From a virus (taxonomy: Duplodnaviria > Heunggongvirae > Uroviricota > Caudoviricetes): 64,000 nucleotides of DNA. Where the stretch lies: the IMG/VR virus record IMGVR_UViG_3300011008_000003. One strand, written 5' to 3'. The notes below the pieces were generated by a model, which worked only from the letters and a program-made list of their open reading frames with translations, was not told the DNA's origin and made no database searches. A program made the translations under genes and the position numbers. Below are positions 28,563 to 38,176 of the stretch, piece by piece (position 1 is the first letter of the stretch; every line of letters starts with the position of its first letter).

Positions 28563-28897
28563 AAAGCAAAGAGTACAAGGCAAAACGGAAAGAAGTCGCG
28601 GACTTGCTCGAGACCTTCGGTCACGAGTATACCCACGACGAATTCCAGCGAATAGTATATAAGCTGACCGGTGCTCTTGTAGTCGCAGACAAGCCGAACA
28701 ATAAAATTCGAATACACAAGACCTTCCGCATGGTCGAATGCGCTCCGAAAGAACGTAACGGGAACTGGTGGGGTCTTAACGGGACATACATCAAACCCCC
28801 GAAGGCCACCATCAACTCTCGCTGTCACTACAACTGGGCATTGGTAAAACGTGTTTTAAAATCTATTTCATCTTTAAAGGAGAACCAACAGCTATGA
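28559..28897 (+). CDS. Hypothetical basic protein (start corrected from 28523)
   Basis: ATGA overlap with upstream gene. Confidence 0.75.
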   Translation: MKSKEYKAKRKEVADLLETFGHEYTHDEFQRIVYKLTGALVVADKPNNKIRIHKTFRMVECAPKERNGNWWGLNGTYIKPPKATINSRCHYNWALVKRVLKSISSLKENQQL

Positions 28898-29028
28898 ACA
28901 AGAAGGACCGTGAGGAATACGAACGGCAGCTTGACATCGTAGAGAAACGAATCATTGCTGGCAAGCAGAGATTCGGCGATCCGGGCCTACGTAAGTATTA
29001 TCTGAACAAGCTCAGGGAAGCCAAGTAA
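28894..29028 (+). CDS. 44-aa hypothetical protein
   Basis: ATGA overlap, AAGGAG RBS; not in ORF track. Confidence 0.7.
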   Translation: MNKKDREEYERQLDIVEKRIIAGKQRFGDPGLRKYYLNKLREAK

Positions 29029-29117
29029 AAAACACTTAAAAGATTTTATTTACGAGGCTTTTGAAATTTTCTATATTTAAATCAAACGGTTAAACAATTA
29101 ACAACAAGAGGTAAAAA

Positions 29118-29306
29118 ATGAAGGTTTCCGTTCTCACCCGCACTGAAGAATCCGGTCGTCGTATCATCCACGGCATCTACGTGGACGACGAAAAGGGCAC
29201 GTCCGTCGAAAAGGCCCGCAAGGCCAAGGCAGATATGCTCAAGTTCTACCACGCTCCGAGTCGTCTCTGCATGGACACCGAAATCGACACGAGGGAGGCA
29301 GAATAA
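29118..29306 (+). CDS. Hypothetical protein
   Basis: Promoter + AAGAGGT RBS. Confidence 0.78.
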   Translation: MKVSVLTRTEESGRRIIHGIYVDDEKGTSVEKARKAKADMLKFYHAPSRLCMDTEIDTREAE

Positions 29307-29641
29307 TGGCTACCAAGAAAACAGCTAAGCCGGTTGAAAAGCCGGCTGGCACTTACCTCGTAGTCGTGGCTGAATACGACGAATGCGGTTCTGACGGACT
29401 CGCAATCGACAATGCTCTAGGATTCGACACGCCGGAAGACGCAGCGAAGTTCATCGCGGAAGATTTCAATGACACGATCAGCAGCATGGTCGAAAGCGGA
29501 GACATCGACGAAGACAAGATGCTCGACGAAGCCAGAGTTCTCACGAAGATTAAGAAGTTGGGTGTCGAAGAGAACGCGGAATGGGACACGCCTGTAGAAA
29601 CTCTGACACAGGTCAAGTGGAAAGTCTTCCGTAAGGGCTAA
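29306..29641 (+). CDS. Hypothetical protein
   Basis: GGAGG RBS, TAATG coupling. Confidence 0.8.
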   Translation: MATKKTAKPVEKPAGTYLVVVAEYDECGSDGLAIDNALGFDTPEDAAKFIAEDFNDTISSMVESGDIDEDKMLDEARVLTKIKKLGVEENAEWDTPVETLTQVKWKVFRKG

Positions 29642-29747
29642 ACCGTCGAAAAACTTCTAAAATATAACGTTTACGACTTGAGTATAAATTACTATATTTA
29701 AGTCGTTAACGAAACAAACAAACCATCATCAAAAAGGAAAAACCAAT

Positions 29748-30029
29748 ATGAAGTCCAATCTCTCCAATGTCAAGTCTGAAACCAAGCGCGGCCGTCTGAA
29801 GCAGGGTTCCCTCGAATACGTGCTCAAGCACGCTGTCCAGCCGAACCGCGACCGTAAGCTTCTCCAGCCGAACTGTGCTGAACGTGCACTGATGGCTGGT
29901 CACGGTGTCGACGGCTACAAGGCAATCTGGTATCGCAAGGGCGACGGAAAGAAGTTCGGCTGCAAGACCGATCAGTATTTCCACCAGACTTGCCAGAAGC
30001 TCGGGTATACCGTTATTCAAATTCAGTAG
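29748..30029 (+). CDS. Hypothetical basic protein
   Basis: Promoter + AAGGA RBS. Confidence 0.8.
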   Translation: MKSNLSNVKSETKRGRLKQGSLEYVLKHAVQPNRDRKLLQPNCAERALMAGHGVDGYKAIWYRKGDGKKFGCKTDQYFHQTCQKLGYTVIQIQ

Positions 30030-30090
30030 TCTTTTTCTCCTGATGGGTGGTGGAACGTTCCCTAGTAGGACTTCCGAACGGGAACAGCAC

Positions 30091-30174
30091 GGCCTTGTGG
30101 CGGAATAGGTAGACGCTGCAGACTTAAAATCTGTTGGGAGATTTCCCGTGTCGGTTCGAGTCCGACCTTGGTCA
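30091..30174 (+). tRNA. tRNA-Leu(TAA)
   Basis: GTGGCGGAATAGGTAGACGC D-arm, GCAGA-CTTAAAA-TCTGT anticodon arm, long variable arm, GGTTCGAGTCC; two U-U mismatches in acceptor stem; no CCA. Confidence 0.88.
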
Positions 30175-30294
30175 TTTCTGTATTAGCCTCCTTCTTTGGG
30201 TTGAAGGGAACCGGTGGATCCGTAAGGGTCTGCCGGTTTTTTATTCTTAATTATTTTTATTTACAAGATATTCAGAATTTACTATATTATAGTC

Positions 30295-30597
30295 ATGATG
30301 GAAATGAATAAGAAAATAAAAATTGTCTACAAGGATAGCTTGTCTGGTGAAACCAACGAACGCGAGATAAAGCTCCGGAACATCCTGGACCTTATGAAAC
30401 ATACGGGATTCAGTGAACTATACTTCTGGAACAATTATGTTGGCAGACTGGCCAAGATAATGATCTTCGATGATAAACTGGTTAAATGGTTTGACAAGGA
30501 AGGTGTTGAACATACCGACTACGAGAAGCTGGTAGATACGTTGTCGGTTTACGCCGAACAGACGAAACTAAAAGATGCCCTGGCAAGTCTGAATTAA
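30295..30597 (+). CDS. Hypothetical protein (leaderless), C-terminal tag
   Basis: TATATT-N6-ATG; ends ALASLN. Confidence 0.8.
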   Translation: MMEMNKKIKIVYKDSLSGETNEREIKLRNILDLMKHTGFSELYFWNNYVGRLAKIMIFDDKLVKWFDKEGVEHTDYEKLVDTLSVYAEQTKLKDALASLN

Positions 30598-30667
30598 AAC
30601 TCAATTAGATTTTGATTTACAAGACTTTTAGAATTTTCTATATTATAGTCATGCAAGAGAGGTTAAA

Positions 30668-30994
30668 ATGGTAATTCACGGTACTAATAGTGATGACATG
30701 CCGATACTGTTCGATACGACGAAGATCGATGCAACATACTGTTGCCAGAATGATCATGGTTTATGGAAAGTTGTGTTGACCCTTAGTAACGGTCTGGAAT
30801 TCTGGTTGCCGCGATATAACACTATCAAAATCAACGGCGTCAACATTATGCATGAGGGCGATATGGCTAAGTGTAAGAAGATGGCTGAGATTATCAATAC
30901 CATTATCGAACTCGAACGTCAGGACCCTCCGGTAGATATGGACAAGTTCTCGAAACTCGGTAAGGACGAGCCGAAGAGAAAAAAGTCAAAATAA
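30668..30994 (+). CDS. Family A-like small protein
   Basis: Promoter + RBS; IKINGVNI + helix. Confidence 0.78.
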   Translation: MVIHGTNSDDMPILFDTTKIDATYCCQNDHGLWKVVLTLSNGLEFWLPRYNTIKINGVNIMHEGDMAKCKKMAEIINTIIELERQDPPVDMDKFSKLGKDEPKRKKSK

Positions 30995-31050
30995 ATCGTT
31001 TACAACATTTGAATATTTTTCTATATTTAAATCAAACAAAAGAGGTTAAT

Positions 31051-31335
31051 ATGTATCTTACTCGTTCCAAGAATCCCCGCAAGTTCGTCAAGCTCTCCGA
31101 AAAGGAATACTTGGCTGAATGTCAAAAGTCTGTCCGTCCGTCCCCGGATATTCACGTCGACTTGTTCGTGAACGCCAAAGACGAAATCCGTCTGGTGATT
31201 ACGTCGATGAATCCGGAACGTCGCTACACGACCGATGAAGTTCTCCCGGTAACCTGGTATCGCGAAGAGCTCGCCGGCAAGAAGGATCGCATCCGTCACG
31301 CCGTGGCTCACTTCAAGAACCATATCAGGTTCTAG
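31051..31335 (+). CDS. Hypothetical protein (start corrected)
   Basis: AAGAGGTTAAT-ATG. Confidence 0.8.
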   Translation: MYLTRSKNPRKFVKLSEKEYLAECQKSVRPSPDIHVDLFVNAKDEIRLVITSMNPERRYTTDEVLPVTWYREELAGKKDRIRHAVAHFKNHIRF

Positions 31336-31338
31336 TCT

Positions 31339-31659
31339 ATGGCTGGTTATCCGATGAGTAACATTACCATGAAGATGGATGAGATTAACAAACATCTTTA
31401 TGATACTTGTTACATGATGGATGCTGTCTGGAGCGACTTCTATGGGATAAATCACAACAAGAATGGAAAGGTTCATATCAGGTTACTGACTGGGCCTGCA
31501 CCCGGATGGTTCGATGCTGTCACGTGGACAATAGACATCGACGACATCACCGCAGGGAGACTCGACCTGAAACTGCAGGAAATAGTCAAATTCGGCGATA
31601 ACTGGAAACAGCGTCTGATAGGACTCGACACGGAATATGCGATAGAAAACTTGCAATAA
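31339..31659 (+). CDS. Hypothetical protein, C-terminal tag
   Basis: Ends YAIENLQ. Confidence 0.75.
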   Translation: MAGYPMSNITMKMDEINKHLYDTCYMMDAVWSDFYGINHNKNGKVHIRLLTGPAPGWFDAVTWTIDIDDITAGRLDLKLQEIVKFGDNWKQRLIGLDTEYAIENLQ

Positions 31660-31706
31660 AAACTCCACCCAGGGGTTGACAAGAGCGAAATAAAATGGTA
31701 TATTAT

Positions 31707-31842
31707 TGAGGTAGCGCATGCCATAGCGCTTTCCTCAGGGGCGACCTTGTTTGGCCGCGAGTTGCCATTTTTATCGCGGAGTTTGTTGGTCGTCCCAGCC
31801 ATGACAGGGTTTTTCGTTGTTATTACCTGTCATGGCTTTTTT
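31707..31842 (+). ncRNA. Candidate three-hairpin small RNA
   Basis: TTGACA-N17-TATATT promoter; stems AGCGC/GCGCT, GGGGCGACC/GGTCGTCCC with CCGCGA/TCGCGG, terminator GCCATGACAGG/CCTGTCATGGC-T6; no ORF. Confidence 0.7.
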
Positions 31843-31859
31843 GTTTTATTATATCGTAT

Positions 31860-31960
31860 TTGATTTATACGGCTTTAAAATATAATAGGCCTATAGATTA
31901 TACTCTTTTTTAAAACAAGTCTTTAAAACACGTTTACCACAGACCGCCTCGGTCAAAAAA
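31860..31960 (+). repeat. Dispersed AT-rich intergenic repeat
   Basis: AGTCTTTAAAACACGTTTACC shared with 53480 copy. Confidence 0.65.
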
Positions 31961-32027
31961 TAGTCAAAAATAATAGTTTACAACCTTGTCGAATTTTTCT
32001 ATATTATCAGATGTAAGAGAGGTAATT

Positions 32028-32237
32028 ATGAACGTAATTGTCGAAATCGAAAGCGCACATGCGGAAGAAATCGCCCGACGGTTCAACCAGTGCGAACCTG
32101 AAGGCAAGAAGAACTGGATTCTCAAGAACAAGGGCATCCTTGTCGGGAAGCAGGTATATATCCAGTTGCTCAGTTCGGTTGTTTGTTTGATTTTGAGAAC
32201 AGACGAAAACGCCGTAATCCGTATCGTGAAGCAGTAA
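32028..32237 (+). CDS. Hypothetical protein (start corrected)
   Basis: Promoter + GAGGT RBS. Confidence 0.75.
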   Translation: MNVIVEIESAHAEEIARRFNQCEPEGKKNWILKNKGILVGKQVYIQLLSSVVCLILRTDENAVIRIVKQ

Positions 32238-32339
32238 TCCGCAACAAAAAAATTACAAAATTCTATATTTACAAAGAGGTTCAAATTACTATATTTGAAA
32301 ATACGAAAATAAACAGAACAAATCACAAGGAGATACACC

Positions 32340-32870
32340 ATGGCAATTTCAGCCGAAGATACAATCAAGGGCATCATCGCAGAAGCGAAGAAGGGCAACG
32401 TGACGGACCATCAGTCTGACGGCACTCTCGAATCCTGGAAGATTCCCTTCAGTGGAAGCACCTACCGCGTCGTCGTGACGGACAAGAAGGCGAAGACCGG
32501 GAAGGCGTTCAACAAGAACGATTTGCTCGTCGTGGGCGAAGACGGCAGCGAAAAGGTCGTGAACCTGGGCGAATGGAAGAAGAAGCTCTTCTACACGCTC
32601 GTCTATGCACTTCGCAAGGGAAAGGTCTTTCACAAGATTGACCAGGACCCGGCCAAGGTGAAGGCCATCAAGGCCGATATGGTCGCGAACCCGGGAAACT
32701 ACGTGAAGGGCGAAGACGAAATCACCGGTACCTTTAACGGCACGAGCATCAAGGTGACTCGCACGAAGAAGGCCTACAAGTCGGGCAAGACCCTCTGCCG
32801 CATCACGTTGGCAGAAAGTGGCGTCGTGACTTTGAAGGGTTCTCAGCTCCAGCCGTTGTTCAAGGCTTAA
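32340..32870 (+). CDS. Hypothetical basic protein
   Basis: Promoter + AAGGAG RBS. Confidence 0.85.
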   Translation: MAISAEDTIKGIIAEAKKGNVTDHQSDGTLESWKIPFSGSTYRVVVTDKKAKTGKAFNKNDLLVVGEDGSEKVVNLGEWKKKLFYTLVYALRKGKVFHKIDQDPAKVKAIKADMVANPGNYVKGEDEITGTFNGTSIKVTRTKKAYKSGKTLCRITLAESGVVTLKGSQLQPLFKA

Positions 32871-32950
32871 CCGGCGAAAATGAAACAAGATTATTCGTTT
32901 ACGCCTTGTCCATAGTTTTCTATATTTCAATATGTAAATAAGAGGTTATT

Positions 32951-33112
32951 ATGGACAAGGCTAAAGAAACGAAAAGGATGCGTGATGAAAGGATCAAAGA
33001 ATCCGAAAACGGACGAAAGCTCCGCGAACGAAAAATCCGTGACCGAACAAAGTACACCCGAAAAGGGCGGACACGTCCTGACGATAACGAAGAGAGATAC
33101 GTACAGCGGTAA
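32951..33112 (+). CDS. 53-aa very basic peptide, ArfA-reminiscent
   Basis: AGAGGTTATT-ATG; RKLRERKIRDRTKYTRKGR; not in ORF track. Confidence 0.65.
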   Translation: MDKAKETKRMRDERIKESENGRKLRERKIRDRTKYTRKGRTRPDDNEERYVQR

Positions 33113-33347
33113 CACCAGCTTCAGTGTCAACCTTTATATCCAGGATGTGGAACAGGTCGAACCGTACGAATGGGACCATACCCAGCTCGTCGTGCACTAC
33201 AGATCCATCGGCGGCGTATTCGGCGAAATCCGTATTACGGACGAAGACGATTACAAGGTCGACGGCAGGACCGCAACGTATGAAATCGCTCAACTGTTCC
33301 TCGAGAACCGTTTGACCGAAGTTCAAATCGATGCGCTTCCGGGATAA
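32982..33347 (+). CDS. Family A-like protein, true start uncertain (probably near 33078)
   Basis: YKVDGRTA...QIDALPG; 5' part overlaps the 32951 ORF. Confidence 0.6.
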   Translation: MMKGSKNPKTDESSANEKSVTEQSTPEKGGHVLTITKRDTYSGNTSFSVNLYIQDVEQVEPYEWDHTQLVVHYRSIGGVFGEIRITDEDDYKVDGRTATYEIAQLFLENRLTEVQIDALPG

Positions 33348-33428
33348 AACAAAAAATTATTCGTGCTTACGAACTACGGAAAATTTCCTATATTATAAGC
33401 ATGAAACAACAACTCAGAGGATTAACCA

Positions 33429-33944
33429 ATGTCTCAAGAAAAGAAAGTCAAAGAATACAAGTACCTTAAGGCTCTTCCCCTCACCGAAGGCCAGCAAAGG
33501 GTAATCATCGCGAAGTCGAACAAGCTCCGTAAGCTCCGCAAGAAGGTGCATCTTGAAAAGAAGGCTGCACAGATCGTATGGGACAATATCTGCGACCACG
33601 GCAGCATCAGCCTTACGAACATCGAAGCCGTCAAGGACCTGCTCGACAATTACAAGCAGTCTCTTGAAATCCTTCAGGAATTGAAGGCAGAAATCTACTC
33701 CATCCGCAACGAAATCAAGCAAATCGTCGTGGAAGCGAAGAAGAATGCACCGGCGAAGGCACCTGAACCCGAACCGGCCAAGGAAGCACCTGCACCTCAG
33801 CCGAAGCAGGAACAGAAGATGGTGAAGTTCATTTTCACTGTGCCGGAAGCAATTTCCCTGCAGACGCATCTCGATACGTTCCTCAAGAACCGACCGAATG
33901 CGACAAAGGTCACGCTTGAACTGGCCGTTGACCACATGCACTAG
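33429..33944 (+). CDS. Hypothetical protein with Pro/Ala linker
   Basis: Promoter, AGAGG RBS, terminator. Confidence 0.82.
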   Translation: MSQEKKVKEYKYLKALPLTEGQQRVIIAKSNKLRKLRKKVHLEKKAAQIVWDNICDHGSISLTNIEAVKDLLDNYKQSLEILQELKAEIYSIRNEIKQIVVEAKKNAPAKAPEPEPAKEAPAPQPKQEQKMVKFIFTVPEAISLQTHLDTFLKNRPNATKVTLELAVDHMH

Positions 33945-34061
33945 AATTTAACCTCTAGTTGTAGGCGGGCGATCCTTCGGGGTCGTCCGTTCTTTTTTAT
34001 TCTAAATTTGGTATTTACAAAATTCCCAGAATATTCTATCTTTATATCAAGAGGTTAAAAC

Positions 34062-34448
34062 ATGATTAGAGAAGACATTGATATTGAAAATATCGCGAAT
34101 ACCCTGGGATTACCGTTCTACGAGGACAAGGACTGGAAATGTATCGTAATCGGGGAAGCCGACTGGGATAACACCGGGAACGATATGGAATTGGTCCTGA
34201 AATACCGTCACGGACCGTACAACAACGAATGGAAACGTACAGGGATTACTGAAGACGAACTCTTTGTTATGATTAAACAGACCGTTGCTGGAGCGTTGTC
34301 CTTGTCAGGTATTATGACCAACGAAAAGGCTTTCACCTTCATCGTGGGACTGTTGCTTGTCAAGAAAGATATTAAGGCATGGCGGGCCAACTACATGGCT
34401 GCGGAATACAACCGTGAACTTGAAAAGACCCTGGCAGCTCTGAAATAA
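34062..34448 (+). CDS. Hypothetical protein, C-terminal tag
   Basis: Promoter + RBS; ends TLAALK. Confidence 0.8.
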   Translation: MIREDIDIENIANTLGLPFYEDKDWKCIVIGEADWDNTGNDMELVLKYRHGPYNNEWKRTGITEDELFVMIKQTVAGALSLSGIMTNEKAFTFIVGLLLVKKDIKAWRANYMAAEYNRELEKTLAALK

Positions 34449-34516
34449 AATCTTAAATAGGTTTTATTTACAACATTTGAATATTTTTCTATATTTAAAT
34501 CAAACAAGAGGTTAAT

Positions 34517-34615
34517 ATGAAAGTAGAACAATTTGCCACCGTTATCCCGCTTCTTCCGTTCGACACTCATCACATTAAACTGGCGAAATACTGTTGTGCG
34601 ACGCTAGGCCGATAA
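34517..34615 (+). CDS. 32-aa micro-ORF
   Basis: Full promoter + CAAGAGGTTAAT-ATG. Confidence 0.55.
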   Translation: MKVEQFATVIPLLPFDTHHIKLAKYCCATLGR

Positions 34616-34689
34616 AAAACTCAATAAGGTTTTTGTTTATAACATTTGAATATTTTTCTATATTTAGAATACAAACAGGAGACAATAAA

Positions 34690-34845
34690 ATGGTATACGT
34701 GAAGTTCAAGTATCGTGACGAATACAGCAATGGCAAGTGGAACGAACAGGAATGTCATGTGCGTTCGGTGGCCGAATGCATCAAAATCTACGGCCTCGAC
34801 CAGTGCGAACATCAAATCCTCGAAGTGAAGGGTACTGAAGAATAA
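34690..34845 (+). CDS. Small hypothetical protein (start corrected)
   Basis: Promoter + AGGAG RBS. Confidence 0.75.
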   Translation: MVYVKFKYRDEYSNGKWNEQECHVRSVAECIKIYGLDQCEHQILEVKGTEE

Positions 34846-34900
34846 ACACAAAAACAAAAGGGTTTACACAATGAAGAAGTAATTCTATATTTGAAACAAC

Positions 34901-34974
34901 GGACAGGTAGCTCAATAGGTTAGAGCAGCGGACTCATAACCCGCCGGTTCTCGGTTCAAGTCCGAGCCTGTCCA
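34901..34974 (+). tRNA. tRNA with CAT anticodon (non-initiator; probably Ile2, possibly elongator Met)
   Basis: GGACAGG/CCTGTCC acceptor, TAGCTCAATAGGTTAGAGC, CT-CAT-AA loop, GGTTCAAGTCC; G1-C72 paired; own promoter. Confidence 0.9.
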
Positions 34975-35084
34975 TTTCATGCATCAAGTATGTCCTCGGG
35001 TAATTCCGAGGATTTTTCTTTTATGAGAAATATTTACAACATTTGAATATTTTTCTATATTATAATCATCAACGAGAGATTAAA

Positions 35085-35267
35085 ATGGAATTTACGAAAG
35101 ACGAATTGAAGTTGCTTGAAATCTATCTTTTAAGTGAACTGGACACGCAAAGATATGAACCTGACGGCATTGATGAAGAGCTCGAGAAACTTTATTACAA
35201 AGTAAAGGCACAAACAAATCTTGAATTTGAAGTTCACTCCATTATGGAGCATCTAAAAACCATTTAA
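35085..35267 (+). CDS. Small hypothetical protein (start corrected)
   Basis: Promoter, weak RBS. Confidence 0.7.
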   Translation: MEFTKDELKLLEIYLLSELDTQRYEPDGIDEELEKLYYKVKAQTNLEFEVHSIMEHLKTI

Positions 35268-35371
35268 GATGTTAAAGGAAGCGAGAGCCTCCGAGGATTT
35301 TTATTTAACGAGAAGTATTTACAACATTCGATTATTTTTCTATATTTAGAATATAATGGAGGTTTTACTCA

Positions 35372-35803
35372 ATGAGTAAACGACACAATTTACCGGAATT
35401 ATTACCAGAAATTTGTGACATTCCGGCCGATGTTGAAGACATGTTCAAGGAATCGTTTCCAGACGCGGTGATTACTCGAACGGACATGACTAATGACGGT
35501 GTAAAGTATGGTGAAACGGTTGTTGTTACTATCCAGCCGAATTTCCTGGAATACGCCTACAATGTATATGACCATCCAGATGGCACCAAGTCTATCTACA
35601 GCGTGGAAATGAAACATTATCGACAGGAAGATGAAGATCCGTCTTTATACCCTGTGTATATTGAAAGAAGTTTCACCCATATGGTCGACTTTCAAGAAAG
35701 CTTTAAAGTTGCAATGAAGATGCTTGAACTTCAACGATATTTGTCTCTAAGAGAATGGTATAACATTCGTTGGGGCAAGCCGTTAAATACGCCACTTCCA
35801 TAA
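35372..35803 (+). CDS. Hypothetical protein
   Basis: Promoter + GGAGG RBS. Confidence 0.8.
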   Translation: MSKRHNLPELLPEICDIPADVEDMFKESFPDAVITRTDMTNDGVKYGETVVVTIQPNFLEYAYNVYDHPDGTKSIYSVEMKHYRQEDEDPSLYPVYIERSFTHMVDFQESFKVAMKMLELQRYLSLREWYNIRWGKPLNTPLP

Positions 35804-35879
35804 TAGAAAAATTACATCTAATTCTATTTACAAAAAGATTGGATTTTTCTATATTTAGAGTACAAACAAGAGGTAATAA

Positions 35880-36890
35880 ATGAGCGAAAATAAAGCAGAA
35901 ACCGTAATCAAGAATCTTCCGAACATCAAGAATGCAAAGAAATACTGGCCAAAGGAACTTAAACAGGCGATTTACGATACAGTCGTCGACATCGAGAAGG
36001 ATAAAGATGGACGCACGGTATATGTCGCGTCTGAAGACGCAGCCAAACACATAAGTGAAAATTTTATCGGGTACGGTCGTGATGGTGGCGTATCTACTGT
36101 AATGAAAACATCGATAACCGCCGATAATCACCCGTGGACTTGTGTTGACCATTTCGGCCCGAAAGGTAAACATCAATTCAATCTCTTTGACAATTCTTAC
36201 GTACTTAGTGCACGTCATAACGATGCAATGAAAACGGGAGTTATCGCCAAATACGACCAAGAGCCGGCTTTTGAAATATCGAATACCGTTGGTGACGATT
36301 CGGCGAACACTGCACCGGAAATTAAAGTACGCGACATCAAGGGACGACTTATCCTCAGTCAGAATAAAAAGGGCGACTATACGACCTACACGTATTTGCA
36401 GGACACATGCGCCGTGACGGATTATGCAAACACTGAGGTTAATGTCAGACTTTGCAAGGACAATAAAAAGGTTCAAATCTACGATATGGTTCAGACCGCT
36501 GTCCATTACGAATATAAGGAACATGACAATCGTTATTGTAACGACATCGTGCCGAAATATGCATGTGAAACGGAAAACGGGGTTCTTGTCAAGGAATATT
36601 TCTTTGAAATGGATTCAATCGGCTCGTTTGTGCATGTCATTGACTACAAGAACAACGAAGAATACTGGCGTGAACGAAACCTGACGCAAAAATATCCCGA
36701 ACAGGGAAATGCTCATCCGTCTAACTTCTTTACCATGGGTGGGTTGAAATTCAACAACAAGGACGAATACGAAGCCTACAGAAACAATAAAGTCGACGAA
36801 ATGAAGGCGGAGGAAAAGGCACGAGAAATGATGAAGAGCCATCCCATGAAAATGTGCGGTCCTATGATGTGCGGCCCTTGGTTCGGTTAA
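35880..36890 (+). CDS. Hypothetical protein
   Basis: 336 aa, promoter + RBS. Confidence 0.85.
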   Translation: MSENKAETVIKNLPNIKNAKKYWPKELKQAIYDTVVDIEKDKDGRTVYVASEDAAKHISENFIGYGRDGGVSTVMKTSITADNHPWTCVDHFGPKGKHQFNLFDNSYVLSARHNDAMKTGVIAKYDQEPAFEISNTVGDDSANTAPEIKVRDIKGRLILSQNKKGDYTTYTYLQDTCAVTDYANTEVNVRLCKDNKKVQIYDMVQTAVHYEYKEHDNRYCNDIVPKYACETENGVLVKEYFFEMDSIGSFVHVIDYKNNEEYWRERNLTQKYPEQGNAHPSNFFTMGGLKFNNKDEYEAYRNNKVDEMKAEEKAREMMKSHPMKMCGPMMCGPWFG

Positions 36891-36977
36891 GATTCACCGA
36901 TAAAAAAGATTAAAGACTAGAAGTTTACAACTTCTGGTCTTTTTTCTATATTTAGAATATAAACAAGAGGTTATAAA

Positions 36978-37340
36978 ATGGCTGAAAGAAAAATTTTCCT
37001 TTCCGACAAACAGTTGAAAATCACCAACATGGACAAGTTCTATGAATACGGCCAGGAAGTCGTCCTGAAGCGTAAGGAATTCTACGACAAGACGAACAAA
37101 ATTAAAAGTACGGTCATTCTCGAAGACATCTGTAAAGGCAATCTGTACCATGCCCGCTGGATCGATAGCAAGGACATTGGTTACGGGTACGAGGTGCTTA
37201 CTTCCGGATATATCGTCTCGTATGTAATCGAGGACGAGAAGAATGAAACGATGACCGAAAAGATTGAATACTTCGACGAGAGCCAGCAGTTCCTGGCGTT
37301 CGACCTCGTAATCAAAATTTGCCAGATGCTTTCGGCATAA
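36978..37340 (+). CDS. Hypothetical protein
   Basis: Promoter + RBS. Confidence 0.8.
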   Translation: MAERKIFLSDKQLKITNMDKFYEYGQEVVLKRKEFYDKTNKIKSTVILEDICKGNLYHARWIDSKDIGYGYEVLTSGYIVSYVIEDEKNETMTEKIEYFDESQQFLAFDLVIKICQMLSA

Positions 37341-37429
37341 GGTGAATCCGGTAGAAATATTCGATATGTTTTAATTACAAGATATATCGAATTTTCTATA
37401 TTTTGAATATCAACAAGAGGTAATAAAAA

Positions 37430-38176
37430 ATGATTAACGAAGAAACTATCACTCTGGTCAACGAACAGTATAACGACGCCCTCCGCATGACGAAGGAAAT
37501 GAACCACGTCTGTAAAAGTGCCGACAATGCGATGTGCACAATGAACACTCTTCGCCGCGAATTCGAAGAAGCCCGAGACATCATTAAGGAACTTGCTCTG
37601 AAACGTGCGAAGAACAACCTGAAACTCGCCGAAATGAAGACTCTTCTCGCGAAGTTCCTTGAAGGCTCGGTAGAAGACCGCATCCATGCCCTTGCCGAAG
37701 AATACAATTCGACTTCCGGCCCGAAGTATTCGCTTCTGCATGCGTCGACCTATGTGGACATTGAAAATGAACTGGCTGCGATTAAGAAAGAAATCGACAA
37801 GTACGAAACAGCCGTGAACAATAAAGCAATGCTCATTGGGGGTTGTCACTTCGCAATCAGGGACTTGTACGTAAAGTTCCAAAACGCTCTCGTCGAAGCA
37901 AAACAGCAGAAAGAAGCTGTGGCGAAGAAACAGGCCGAAGCCAAGCCTAAGACCATTACAATCATGGTCGACACCAGCTGGCCGTTGAGTCCTCGTGAAA
38001 TTCAACATGCAATCGACGTTCTCAAGGCGTTTAAGCCCGAAGGTGAAGACGGACTCGGCTTGAAGTCTGCAGCTGAAGCACTTGAATCGTTCAAGAAGAG
38101 TGTCGAAAACCGCATCGAAAAACATACTAAAGTAGTGCAGGACGGTTTGTACTTCAAGTTGAGCGAAGCCGAATAA
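37430..38176 (+). CDS. Coiled-coil hypothetical protein
   Basis: Promoter + RBS; heptad-rich. Confidence 0.83.
   Translation: MINEETITLVNEQYNDALRMTKEMNHVCKSADNAMCTMNTLRREFEEARDIIKELALKRAKNNLKLAEMKTLLAKFLEGSVEDRIHALAEEYNSTSGPKYSLLHASTYVDIENELAAIKKEIDKYETAVNNKAMLIGGCHFAIRDLYVKFQNALVEAKQQKEAVAKKQAEAKPKTITIMVDTSWPLSPREIQHAIDVLKAFKPEGEDGLGLKSAAEALESFKKSVENRIEKHTKVVQDGLYFKLSEAE

Noticed and set aside
30040-30090. Second tRNA upstream of tRNA-Leu
   Set aside because: GGGTGGTGGAAC resembles a D-arm but there is no T-arm or acceptor stem
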